NCBI GenBank assembly: GCA_025356245.1
Contig: JANXUO010000023.1
Location: 1 to 53,294, forward strand
Reading direction: 5' to 3'
Source of the DNA: Hymenobacter sp.
Lineage (GTDB): Bacteria > Bacteroidota > Bacteroidia > Cytophagales > Hymenobacteraceae
DNA length: 53,294 bases
The stretch's first letter is position 1. Every line of letters starts with the position of its first letter. The notes below the pieces were generated by a model that had not been told where the DNA came from, searched no databases, and worked only from the letters and a program-made list of their open reading frames with translations. Both the position numbers and the translations under genes were made by a program. Positions 1-9,231 of this stretch are shown here, one piece after another.

Positions 1-81
1 AAGGCTGCGGCCGCCCGTAAGGCACGGAAATCAAAATCTAGCCCCAAGGCCACCCTTACCACTGAATCAACCAGCGGCTGA
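1..81 (+). CDS. 3' end of an upstream CDS (partial)
   Basis: Frame 1 is open from the window start and reads KAAAARKARKSKSSPKATLTTESTSG to TGA at 79-81. A long hairpin follows. Confidence 0.5.
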   Translation, partial: KAAAARKARKSKSSPKATLTTESTSG

Positions 82-111
82 CAAGCAGACAACTGGAATG
101 GAGCTGACCAG

Positions 112-178
112 CTTACGTCTCCTTTCTACTTAAAACAATCAACAACTCGTTGATAAACAAGTAGAAAGAAGACGTAAG
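112..178. repeat. Long nested inverted repeat
   Basis: CTTACGTCTCCTTTCTACTT (112-131) pairs 19/20 with AAGTAGAAAGAAGACGTAAG (159-178). Inner stem ATCAAC (138-143) / GTTGAT (149-154). Confidence 0.85.
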
Positions 179-292
179 ATGGGCATTTATTGTACGTATT
201 TAATCACGAAATTGGGGAGGGGAATCGAAGCGCAGTCCCTACCTTAGCCGTGTGCTTGGTTCGTTTGGGTTGCCAACTCCGGGACAGGGGCT

Positions 293-694
293 ATGTTGTT
301 CTACCCCGTTACCGCCTTTTTATCCCCGTTGTCGGTTCCCGTCTGTCCAGTGACCAATACTGCCCCCGATTTACTCACCCCTGCCAATGTTCAGACTCCG
401 GGCACCAGTAGACGCACCTTCCACGGCATCGTACTGGACCGGCAGTTCACTGTGCGCCGCCTGTGCAACGAACTGCACGTGGCGGCTGAGTCCCTGCGAG
501 CAGCATACGACGAACCGGGACGCTTGAGCCTGAACGCCGTGATGGCTTTCTCCGGACTACTGGGCGAGGAACCCGAAAAGGTAAGCGCGGACTTGTTTGC
601 GGAGACTCGGGAACTGCGAAAAAAAGGACCGGCTCCCGAAGCTCCCAAACGTAACCGGACCCTCAAAGCCAAAGCCAAGTCGGACCGCGCGTAA
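293..694 (+). CDS. Small putative HTH (XRE-like) DNA-binding protein; start uncertain
   Basis: Segment FTVRRLCNELHVAAESLRAAYDEPGRLSLNAVMAFSGLLG has XRE-like helical spacing. Basic C-terminal tail. Confidence 0.5.
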   Translation: MLFYPVTAFLSPLSVPVCPVTNTAPDLLTPANVQTPGTSRRTFHGIVLDRQFTVRRLCNELHVAAESLRAAYDEPGRLSLNAVMAFSGLLGEEPEKVSADLFAETRELRKKGPAPEAPKRNRTLKAKAKSDRA

Positions 695-1404
695 ACTTTC
701 AGCTCGTTGCTTGGGCACCCAGTCATTCCAGCGATGATGGTCAGAAAAGCCCTCATCAGCCAAAGGAACACCACACCAGCAACAGTGGCAGGAGAAGGTG
801 GTCAGACGTGGTGGAGAAAGCCAGGGTGATTCGGGTAAGGTCCAGCGGGAAGAGTCGTCAGAACAGTCAGGGGCCGGGCACTGAAAAAGTTCTCATGGGC
901 GAACATGAGACGAACACAGGCAAAGAAGGTCGCCGGTTTTTCGAACAATGCAACGAGAGGTAGGAAACCGCAGAGAGGGTGGTCGAGGCACACTGCCAGG
1001 AGTCAAATAATTGGGCGCGGAGGATGGGTGGCCAGACAGGAGGGGGCACAAAAAACAAAAAAAGGCGCAGGTAGAGCTGGCTGAACGGGCTGGAAAAGGC
1101 AGCTGTTCACCAGCACAACCTGCGCCTGATTTTCTGCAAGCCGAAAAAATCACCTGCCAGTCGAATGAAACCAATCGGCTGGCAGGTGAAAGGACAAGAG
1201 TAACGAGGTGGGAAGGAGCAAGGGTTCTGGCTGGAGTGGGCAGGCGAGAAAATCGGTTAAAACCGGGGTAGAGCAATTGGGTTGAGCATCGAAGAACGGA
1301 GGCCAGCGGTGGATGAGCAGCAGAGGAGGCAGAAAGAAAACAGGGAGCCGGGGGAAAGAACAAACGGGCACAAAAAAGGGGGGCGGGCAAAGAGGACCGA
1401 AAAC

Positions 1405-1442
1405 AAAAAAACGACTGGTTTTTCCTGGCCAGTCGTTTTTTT
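1405..1442. terminator. Intrinsic terminator (bidirectional form) downstream of ORF 1523-1837
   Basis: AAAAAAACGACTGG ... CCAGTCGTTTTTTT. Confidence 0.75.
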
Positions 1443-1449
1443 GATGAGG

Positions 1450-1500
1450 AAGCTGTTTAGAAAGTGGGCTGGCGCGCGTTCTTAACTTTCTAAACAACTT
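1450..1500. repeat. Inverted repeat
   Basis: AAGCTGTTTAGAAAGT / ACTTTCTAAACAACTT (15/16 match). Confidence 0.7.
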
Positions 1501-1522
1501 CAAGGTATTCAGGGAAACCAGG

Positions 1523-1837
1523 CTATTTTATCAGACCGAGGCGCGTGAGTTCAGCCAGCATTTTGGGGGGAAACTCATCGCCGTGCTTCTGCATGATGCC
1601 TAGGTGGCGTGCAATGGCATCCTGGACAATTTGAATCCCGGACTGGGGTTTGGAAGTATCAGCCAGCATGAACGATTGATACCGGATTGCTTTGTCCTGG
1701 AGAGGGTGCAGCGTGTATGTGGCGGATTGCTTCTTGCTCTTTTTAGATTCGGCCAAAATAACAGGTTGAGTGGCGGCGAAACCAGCAGCAGTGGGTGATT
1801 CAGCGGGTTGGTCAGCGACGTTGTTTTTGTCAGGCAT
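1523..1837 (-). CDS. Small putative ribbon-helix-helix (ParG/CopG-like) DNA-binding protein
   Basis: Disordered N-terminus, then a beta strand (KQSATYTL) and two helices (LQDKAIRYQSFML; GIQIVQDAIARHL). ATG start, terminator downstream. Confidence 0.55.
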   Translation of the reverse strand: MPDKNNVADQPAESPTAAGFAATQPVILAESKKSKKQSATYTLHPLQDKAIRYQSFMLADTSKPQSGIQIVQDAIARHLGIMQKHGDEFPPKMLAELTRLGLIK

Positions 1838-3373
1838 GAGCGGAAAAGCGGGTAAGGTGAGAAAAGGGCAACCGGGGGCTTGTGCGTATCGGGTTACACA
1901 AAGAAACGACTAAAATCGAAAAAACGGAAGGAGTCCAAAAAAGCTTCGGACGGAAGGGAGGGTCCGGGCAATAAATTAAATCCGAGCCAAGTGAAGCAAG
2001 GTGGGAATACCGGCGTGACTCACGGGGACAGAAACGGGGGGAGGCAGCCAGAAACCGGGCGGGGTCGGAGTTGCCGGGAAGGAGGAAATCAGGGGCGGGC
2101 AGAAAGTCAGGCAGCATCCCATCGAGCCAACAATGGAAAAAGCGGCGAGTGGAATAAGCACGAATTGGGAGACAGGAGGAAAATAATACTGGCACCAAAA
2201 AGGAGCATCGACGGTCGGAGAAGAGGAGGCAGGGATGGAACAACCCTTCTTTTCCCCACTGCCTGTTTTTTGGACGACAGGGCAGGAAGGGTGACGCTGA
2301 AAACTGCTGGGGCTGCGGAAAGCAGATAGTTTGGAGTATGTAAGGTGTTGGGCCAAGTGGGAGTTATCGGCTGGGGTGTTGAGCCGGGAAGGGGCCGGTT
2401 GTAATCGGGGCGTGAAAGGCAGGAATTGGGGCTGTGTGGATGGTCGGACGCTGGGCAAGGGACCGAGAAAATAGCGGAGAAAAAATTAGTGCTCGGCAAA
2501 AAACGAACGATGGCGAAAGTATCGAGGGCGGTGAAAAGTGACGGTTGCTGAAAAATAGAGGGAGTGATTTTGCGGGGTTGTGAGAAAAAATATGTCAACG
2601 AGTTTTGAGGTCCCGCGAGCAAAAAAAGGCTCACTCAAAAAGCATGGTTAGGTAAAACGGATGGCTGGGTAAAAATGGGTAGACGAGGAAAAGTTAATGC
2701 GAGTGGAAAACCGGAAACTCGAAAAAGCAGTCGGGTATTCTGAATAACAGAGCGGGAAAAATGACTGGGTTGGTTATATAGCGGGCAGGACCGTTGGGGA
2801 TGGACGTTGGTGTTGCTTGAACAGGAGGAAAGCAGGAGGTCGGGTGAGCCAACATGTCAGGCCGATTGATTTTGAGAAAGCCGTAGAAAAAGGAGTCGTA
2901 GGGAGAAGCACTGGGGACGATGGAGCTGGGGCGATACGGGGCCAGAAAAGAGAGCGGCTCCGTAGTCAGGCAACAGGCTGGTGGATGAGGTTGCGGGCGG
3001 GTGCTGGTCGGTGTATTTAGCGGTATTCCAAAAATTTCAGGTGCCGGGAAAATCGGGCGGGATGGGAAGGACGGTGGTGCAGAAAATCGGGGGTGGGTTA
3101 AAAAGGAGGGGAGGCGCTGGTAATCGAGGTAGCGGTTTCGGGGGGTAGGGGATCGGTGGTGCTGGGCAGGAGTTTAGCCAGGGCGGGGGGAAGCCGATGC
3201 CTGGGAGAAGGCCAGTTGTCAGGAGCAGGCGGTAGTGGATTGAGCGGCCAAGAAGACGACGGGGAGGTAGGGGGGAACGGATGGCCGTAGTCAGGGTAGA
3301 AGCAGGTCGGAGGGGGAAATGGGGCGGGCTTGGCGTAGATTGGGAACGGCCTAGGGTTTCAACGGCAGTCGTT

Positions 3374-3640
3374 CTAGTCATAGTTAGCTAGTCATAATTA
3401 GCAAGAGGAGGCTCTCAAATCAAATCTACCGCTTTGATTATCAGTGACAAACATAGTTTGTCAGTAGAAATAAAATGCTACCGCGTTAGCAATCAGTGGC
3501 AAAAAGTAGAAATAACCTTCCTGAACAAGCGGAAAACAAGCCAAAATAAGCCTCACTTACGGGTTTTGGTGGAATCAAACCCCTAACGAATTGTAAGCCA
3601 AGTTCAACAAGTAGAAACAACACCAATATTCCCGAAGCAA
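3374..3640. promoter_or_regulatory. Candidate oriT / mob promoter region
   Basis: AT-rich non-coding DNA directly upstream of the mob genes. Perfect hairpin TGACAAAC-ATA-GTTTGTCA (3445-3463), imperfect direct repeats CTACCGC..ATCAGTG..AGTAGAAATAA (3426-3473, 3478-3515), and a 14-bp tandem repeat (3374-3401). Confidence 0.5.
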
Positions 3641-3643
3641 CCG

Positions 3644-4363
3644 ATGGAACCTGGAAAACGAAAAGCGCAGCGGCGGCGCCCGCTGAGCGCGGCCGAAAAT
3701 CCGCTTACCTCACTGAAAATCTCGAAGGTTGCGGATGGGCAGCTAACGGGCCATGCGAAAAAACTCAGGATTGGAAAGGGCGAGTACGCCAGTGCGGCGA
3801 TTGCCTATTTTGCCGAAACCGGCCTCGACCCGACGCAGGAGCGGCCGCAGGGACTGGCCAGCGTGTCAGCGAAAGTCAGCCAGGAAACGCGGGCCGTCCG
3901 GGAGCAAAACGTGGACATTGGCAACCGCCTGATTTCGATTTTGCGCGGGTGGGAGCGGACGCTCTACGGTTTCTTGCAGCAGCAGCAGGGCGGCACCCTC
4001 AACTACCTGGAACGGATTGAGGAGAACATCCTGGCCCACCAGGTGCAGGTCGAGTCCTCGCTGCTGGCCCCGATGGTGGAGCAGTTGTTCAAGGTGAATC
4101 TGGAGGCATTCATCACCCGGGGGCTAACGGCGGATTTGTTGGTCAAGTCCTCGAACCTGCCCGCCAGCAGTTACGAACAACAGATGGAACTTTCCACCAA
4201 CGGACGGGACCAACAGCTGGCAACGGCCCTGCGCGAGTTCATAAAAACTAACAGCGTGGCCAAGCCAAACCTGAGCCCTAAACCCCAGGTTCCCGCTGCT
4301 CCAGCCAAAGCACCGAGCACACCGACCGGGGCAGCCCCGGCGGCGGCGGCCCCGCCAAAGTAG
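3644..4363 (+). CDS. BfmA/BtgA-family mobilisation (relaxosome accessory) protein
   Basis: N-terminal RHH-like segment, YFAETGLDP and NRLISILRGWE motifs. Lies directly upstream of the relaxase. Confidence 0.7.
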   Translation: MEPGKRKAQRRRPLSAAENPLTSLKISKVADGQLTGHAKKLRIGKGEYASAAIAYFAETGLDPTQERPQGLASVSAKVSQETRAVREQNVDIGNRLISILRGWERTLYGFLQQQQGGTLNYLERIEENILAHQVQVESSLLAPMVEQLFKVNLEAFITRGLTADLLVKSSNLPASSYEQQMELSTNGRDQQLATALREFIKTNSVAKPNLSPKPQVPAAPAKAPSTPTGAAPAAAAPPK

Positions 4364-4544
4364 CGGACCGGAGACAACAACGCCCCGCCAGGATGCAGCG
4401 GAAACCATTGCCCGGCCGCCGGGCATTCCTTCGGATTTTTGCGCTTACCACCAACGCTGCAACCGGGGACACACCGGCAGTTTCAACGGCTTGCAACCGG
4501 GGAAGTAACGCCCACTTTTCTCCCGCTATCCGTTCCTATCTCCG

Positions 4545-5699
4545 ATGTATGCCAAGGTAATCAACCCCCAGACCAACGGCCGGAAAGTTTACAATAACGC
4601 TGGCAGTTCTCAGCGGTGCGCGAACTATTTGGCGAAGGAATCTAAGGAAGCCGGCCAGGAAGTCACGTTCTTCGGTGCCCCTGGCACCGAAGCAAAAACA
4701 GTCGCCGAGGTGGTGGAAATGCTTGACGGCAACGCGAAGGGGTTGGGAAAAGACGACCCCAAGTTTCATTCGCTGGTGCTGAGCCCGAGCAGTGACGAGT
4801 TGCTGCTGATTGGCAATAATCCAACGGCGCTGGAGGAATACACCCGCAACGTGATGGACCTCTACGCGAAAAACTTCAACCTCAAAAACGGGCGCGAACT
4901 GGGCGAGGCCAACCTGGTGTGGGCGGCAACCATTCACCAGGAACGCACCAACCGGGGCACCGACGAAGGCGTACAGGGCGAGAAAAAGGACGGACTGCAA
5001 ACCCACGTCCACGTCATGGTATCGGCTCGGGATGCCGCTCAGAAAATCACGCTTAACCCGCTGGGCAAGGCCGACCGTTTCAACCGGGTGCAGTTTCAGG
5101 CCGAGGCCGTGACCCAGATGGAAGTACAGTTTGGGCGGGTCGTACCCCAGGACATGGGCGCTAAAAATCCGACCCGGCAGCAACGGGTGGCGCAGAAAGC
5201 CGAGGAGATAACGCGCAAGGCGGCAGCCAGCCGGGGGGAGAAAAAACCCCTGACCCCGGAACAGATAGCAACCAAGAATGCCCGGCTCGACACCCAGGTT
5301 GCCCGGCTCAATTCCAAGCTTGACCCTGGCTTGCAGCTCGACCCGAACCGGGTGAAAGAGATTGCCTGCGAACGGAAATACGACCAGGTTTTCTATACCA
5401 CACTGGGGCAAATTGAGCGCAACGCCGAGAAAGGAACCTTCACCGCCCAACCCTACGAATACCTGGCCACGGGCCGCGTGGTCCGCGAGCCGCAACTGCG
5501 CACGGGCCGGGCCATCGAACCCAACCGCGAGTTTTCAACCTCCTCTCCCGGGCAGCGGGAGGAGCCAGCCCAGGCGGCGGGGATGCAGGCGCTGGGGCGT
5601 TCGGTCAAAAAGCTGGGCACGGCGCTGGCTCCCAAAGGCCGGACCCAGGACGTGCGCAGCGACGCAGAAAGGGAGCGGGACCACGAGAATGAAATGTAA
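4545..5699 (+). CDS. Relaxase, DUF5712/BfmB-MobB type
   Basis: NAGSS..NYLAKE (catalytic Tyr region), FHSLVLSPS, TIHQER and the HUH motif GEKKDGLQTHVHVMVS. Confidence 0.85.
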   Translation: MYAKVINPQTNGRKVYNNAGSSQRCANYLAKESKEAGQEVTFFGAPGTEAKTVAEVVEMLDGNAKGLGKDDPKFHSLVLSPSSDELLLIGNNPTALEEYTRNVMDLYAKNFNLKNGRELGEANLVWAATIHQERTNRGTDEGVQGEKKDGLQTHVHVMVSARDAAQKITLNPLGKADRFNRVQFQAEAVTQMEVQFGRVVPQDMGAKNPTRQQRVAQKAEEITRKAAASRGEKKPLTPEQIATKNARLDTQVARLNSKLDPGLQLDPNRVKEIACERKYDQVFYTTLGQIERNAEKGTFTAQPYEYLATGRVVREPQLRTGRAIEPNREFSTSSPGQREEPAQAAGMQALGRSVKKLGTALAPKGRTQDVRSDAERERDHENEM

Positions 5700-5746
5700 A
5701 TCCGTGCCCAGTCCTGTACCTTTATACGCACACCATTTTTTTCTTT

Positions 5747-8623
5747 ATGGCCACTCCCATTCCCATAGCCAAGCCAAATTCCTCGGGCACCGGCGGGCTC
5801 ATTGCGCTGCCACTATTACTGGCCCTGCTGGGCGGCGAGTACTATCTGCTCACCACCCGCGATGCCCAACTTCACCCCACGCCCGAGATGCTGGCGCAAG
5901 CCGCACGGGTAAAAGCCGAAGTGGCTTCGGCCAGGCTCGCGGCCGCCAAGGCTCAAAAGAACAAGGTGGCCCCGCCACCCGGCCAGCCGCAGCCGCTCGA
6001 CCTGAGTTCCCTGATGGGTCCGACCGCCGATGGTGCGCCGGGCATGATGGAACAGGGCATGGCCACGGTCAACAAGTACCTCGAAATGGGCGCGGGCCTG
6101 GGCATTCGGTTCGTGATGATTCTCGCGTGCGTGGCCTTGCTGTTCCTGCAAAAGCCGCCCGCCCCAAAAGTAGGCGCGCAGCGCCGGTACGCCCGCAATC
6201 CAAAAACCATCGTCGTGCCCTTGCAACTACTGGGCGTGCTGCTGGGCTTTAGCGCCCTGGCCCTGCTGGGCGTTGGGGCGGCCACTGGCACAGTGCTCAC
6301 CTACGGCTACCCGTTGGCGGCAGCCCTGTGCCTGGCCTGCGGTTTTATCGGCGGGATGCTTAAGGCCAGTACCGTCCCGGCCGAGGGCCGCCTGATGGCC
6401 GAGAAGGTCCGGCGCGATACGGATTATGGCATTGTGCTCAATGCCGAGGCAGGCAAGTTCGTAAACGTGCCCAATCCCTTTCGCGGAACCCTGGTGCTCG
6501 GGGGCGCGGGGGCAGGGAAAACCTACTCCATCGGGGAGCCCTTCCTGGAGCAGTTTCTGCAAAAGGGAATGTGCGGCATCATCTACGATTTTAAATTCCC
6601 GGTGCTGGCGGGCGCGGCCCAAAAGTCGCTGCTCTACGCCCAGCCCGCGCACGAAAAACTCCTGGCCCAGTACGAGGCCAACAAAAAGAAAGGGGAGAAA
6701 AACGCAGCTGGCCTGCGCAAGCCCATCCGGCACCGGGTCGTGAATTTTCTCGACATGGAACGCACGGAAAAAGTAAATCCGCTGCGCCCGCAGGATATGC
6801 CGGTGCCGGCCTACGCGATGGAATACGCAACCACGATTCTGGCCAACCTGAGTCCGGGCGGGGCCAAGAGCGGCGACAACTTTTTCACCAAAAGCGCCCA
6901 GGCTTACCTGACCGGCATCATCTGGTACTACCGCAATAATTACCCCGCGCTCTGTACCATTCCCCACGTGGTGGCCACGGCCGTGTACGACGACTTCACC
7001 TTCGTGCTCCATATGCTGAGCGAGGACCCGAGCTGTCAGGTGCTGGTGCAGAGCTTGATTACCGCCGTCAAGCAGGGGGCCGAGAAGCAGATTGCCGGCA
7101 TCGTCGCGTCCCTTCAAGTTGATATGTCGGGCCTGGCCACGCCGGAAATCAGCTGGGTGCTGGCCCCCGACGAAGACCCGCGCCTGGGCGACCAGGCCGA
7201 GGGATTTTCGCTAAACCTCAACGACCCCAACAATCCCACGCTGCTCACTATCGGCAACGACCCGACGCTGGCCCGCACGTTCTCACCCGTGATTTCGTGC
7301 GTGATTGCCGTGGCCCTGAAACTGATGAACCAGCAGTACAAGCACCCCAGCTTTGTACTCATTGACGAGGGCGCAACCATCTACGTGCCGGGCCTGGAAA
7401 CCATCCCGGCCACGGCCCGCAGCAACAAAGTGGCCATGCTCTACATGACGCAGGACATGGCCCAGCTCATCGACGCTTACGGCAAGGACAAGGCCCAGGT
7501 GCTGGTATCGAACCTGAACAACCAGTTTTTTGGGAAGATAAATTCGGCCGAGACCGCCCGCCTCGTGTCCGAGATGGTGGGCAAGGAGGACGTGGAAATG
7601 GTATCGGTGAGCACCGGCCAGAGCATGGGCGGCACCGGCGGCAGCAACAAAGGCCAAAGCGTGAGCATCCAGGAACGCCAGGTGGTACGGGTGCAGGATG
7701 CTTACACGCTGCGGCAGGGCGAGTTCATCGGCCAGACCGTCGAAACGCCCCAGAGCTTTTTCATGGCCCTGCTGGAACGGGAAGTAGAACCCGGAAATTA
7801 TCCCATTGAGGTGTTTACCCACTTCGCCGCCGCCAAGGGGGTAGTGGATTCACGCATCCGGTCCAAAGTGGAAAGAGAAGCAGCGGCCGAAGCAGTCGCC
7901 AAGGCCCAGGGCGAAACCGAGCGCCGACGTAAAAAAGAAGAGCGGGCCCTGGCGAAAGCCGCCACAAAGTCGGCCGAGCGGAAGGCGTTGATTGCCGAAA
8001 ACAAGCTGGCCCTGCCGGACCGGGAGAACATGGACCCGTTGCTGGCCGACAGCACCCCGGCCGCGGCGCAGGGCCGGCAAGACCAGTCAGCGCAATCCCT
8101 TTCTCCTGACCTTACGCCCAACATTTTAAATACTTACCTGGCAGTGGGCGAAAGTCCGGACGAGCCGGGCGGGGAACCAACAGCCGAGGCCGAGTGGGAC
8201 TGGGAAGCCGGGCACGTAAACAGCCCGCAGCAGGGGCCGAGCTGGAAGCCCAGCGCAGCCGAGCAACTAGCCCTGGAACAACGGGCGGCGGCTTCGCGGC
8301 ACCAGCGCGGCCGCACCGAGCGGCTACCAGACGCGGCCAACAACGAAAACTGGCAATCCGAGGCCCAGCGCCACGAGGCCAACGAGAAACTGGCCGAAGC
8401 GCAAGCCGAAGAACGGGCAAGGGAGCGCACCACCCAGGTCAAGGACCGTCCCACGGGCTCGGTACTGGCCGACATGATTGCTAAAAACCACGAGCGTATC
8501 CGCAAAGAAGTGGCGCAGGCCATCGAGCAAAGCGGCCCGAACAAGCTTTCCAAGGAAGGATTGGCTAAATCGGCAGCAGAAGCCAAAAGCAAGGCCATGA
8601 ACGAGGACGGAAAAGTTTTCTAA
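5747..8623 (+). CDS. Type IV coupling protein (VirD4/TraD; MobC-type) with extended C-terminal tail
   Basis: N-terminal TM helices, NPFRGTLVLGGAGAGKT (Walker A), YDFKFP, FVLIDE (Walker B), ATARSNKVA, TQDMAQL. Confidence 0.92.
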   Translation: MATPIPIAKPNSSGTGGLIALPLLLALLGGEYYLLTTRDAQLHPTPEMLAQAARVKAEVASARLAAAKAQKNKVAPPPGQPQPLDLSSLMGPTADGAPGMMEQGMATVNKYLEMGAGLGIRFVMILACVALLFLQKPPAPKVGAQRRYARNPKTIVVPLQLLGVLLGFSALALLGVGAATGTVLTYGYPLAAALCLACGFIGGMLKASTVPAEGRLMAEKVRRDTDYGIVLNAEAGKFVNVPNPFRGTLVLGGAGAGKTYSIGEPFLEQFLQKGMCGIIYDFKFPVLAGAAQKSLLYAQPAHEKLLAQYEANKKKGEKNAAGLRKPIRHRVVNFLDMERTEKVNPLRPQDMPVPAYAMEYATTILANLSPGGAKSGDNFFTKSAQAYLTGIIWYYRNNYPALCTIPHVVATAVYDDFTFVLHMLSEDPSCQVLVQSLITAVKQGAEKQIAGIVASLQVDMSGLATPEISWVLAPDEDPRLGDQAEGFSLNLNDPNNPTLLTIGNDPTLARTFSPVISCVIAVALKLMNQQYKHPSFVLIDEGATIYVPGLETIPATARSNKVAMLYMTQDMAQLIDAYGKDKAQVLVSNLNNQFFGKINSAETARLVSEMVGKEDVEMVSVSTGQSMGGTGGSNKGQSVSIQERQVVRVQDAYTLRQGEFIGQTVETPQSFFMALLEREVEPGNYPIEVFTHFAAAKGVVDSRIRSKVEREAAAEAVAKAQGETERRRKKEERALAKAATKSAERKALIAENKLALPDRENMDPLLADSTPAAAQGRQDQSAQSLSPDLTPNILNTYLAVGESPDEPGGEPTAEAEWDWEAGHVNSPQQGPSWKPSAAEQLALEQRAAASRHQRGRTERLPDAANNENWQSEAQRHEANEKLAEAQAEERARERTTQVKDRPTGSVLADMIAKNHERIRKEVAQAIEQSGPNKLSKEGLAKSAAEAKSKAMNEDGKVF

Positions 8624-8649
8624 TTATTTTACCGTTAGCATTTTACCCC

Positions 8650-9198
8650 ATGTCTGTTCCATTCACCCCACCCGAGGCCGCCGATATGACGGTACTGCGT
8701 GCCTGCCACCACCTGAGCTATCCGGGTCAGCAGGCTATCCTGGACGAGTTTGCCGCCGGTATCATCGGTGTTGAGACCACCGCTTACCGGCTGATTAAGG
8801 AAGCCAAGGAGCAGTTTCCGGCCGTGAAAATCGCCCGGCAGGAAGAGGCTTACGGCCGTGCCACCAGAGCCCGCGAGCTAAAGGAAATGGCCGAAAACGA
8901 GAAAGCCGCCGGACCCACCTTCGTGGACTACACGCCGGCAGGACGACCGCTCAACGAGCCTACGCCCTTACTGGCTGGCTCACTGGTGGCCACCGTGGCA
9001 GGTCCTGCTGCTGCCGCCTCGACTGCAACCGCGCCCGTCGTAGCTGATGCTGTAACCGAAGTGGCCGAACAACCCCAGACTGCCGGGAAAACCGACCCCG
9101 AGGACGAAACCAACGACAGCGGACAAGACGACGATGATTCCGATTGGGCGGTTGGCGGAGCGAACGAGGAGGAAAAAATGCCTGACAGCGACGACTAA
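8650..9198 (+). CDS. Hypothetical protein with weak FicA/VbhA-antitoxin-like N-terminus and acidic tail
   Basis: LSYPGQQAILDEFAAGIIGVE resembles the VbhA-type second helix. Located directly upstream of a fic gene. Confidence 0.55.
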   Translation: MSVPFTPPEAADMTVLRACHHLSYPGQQAILDEFAAGIIGVETTAYRLIKEAKEQFPAVKIARQEEAYGRATRARELKEMAENEKAAGPTFVDYTPAGRPLNEPTPLLAGSLVATVAGPAAAASTATAPVVADAVTEVAEQPQTAGKTDPEDETNDSGQDDDDSDWAVGGANEEEKMPDSDD

Positions 9199-9231
9199 CT
9201 ATTTATTTTTAAAAATTTAACATCAAAAATC

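Noticed and set aside
1830-3381. Several 60-175 aa ORFs in the purine-skewed region
   Set aside because: Low-complexity F/P/L/S or G/K/R/E translations that follow base skew. No coding signature.
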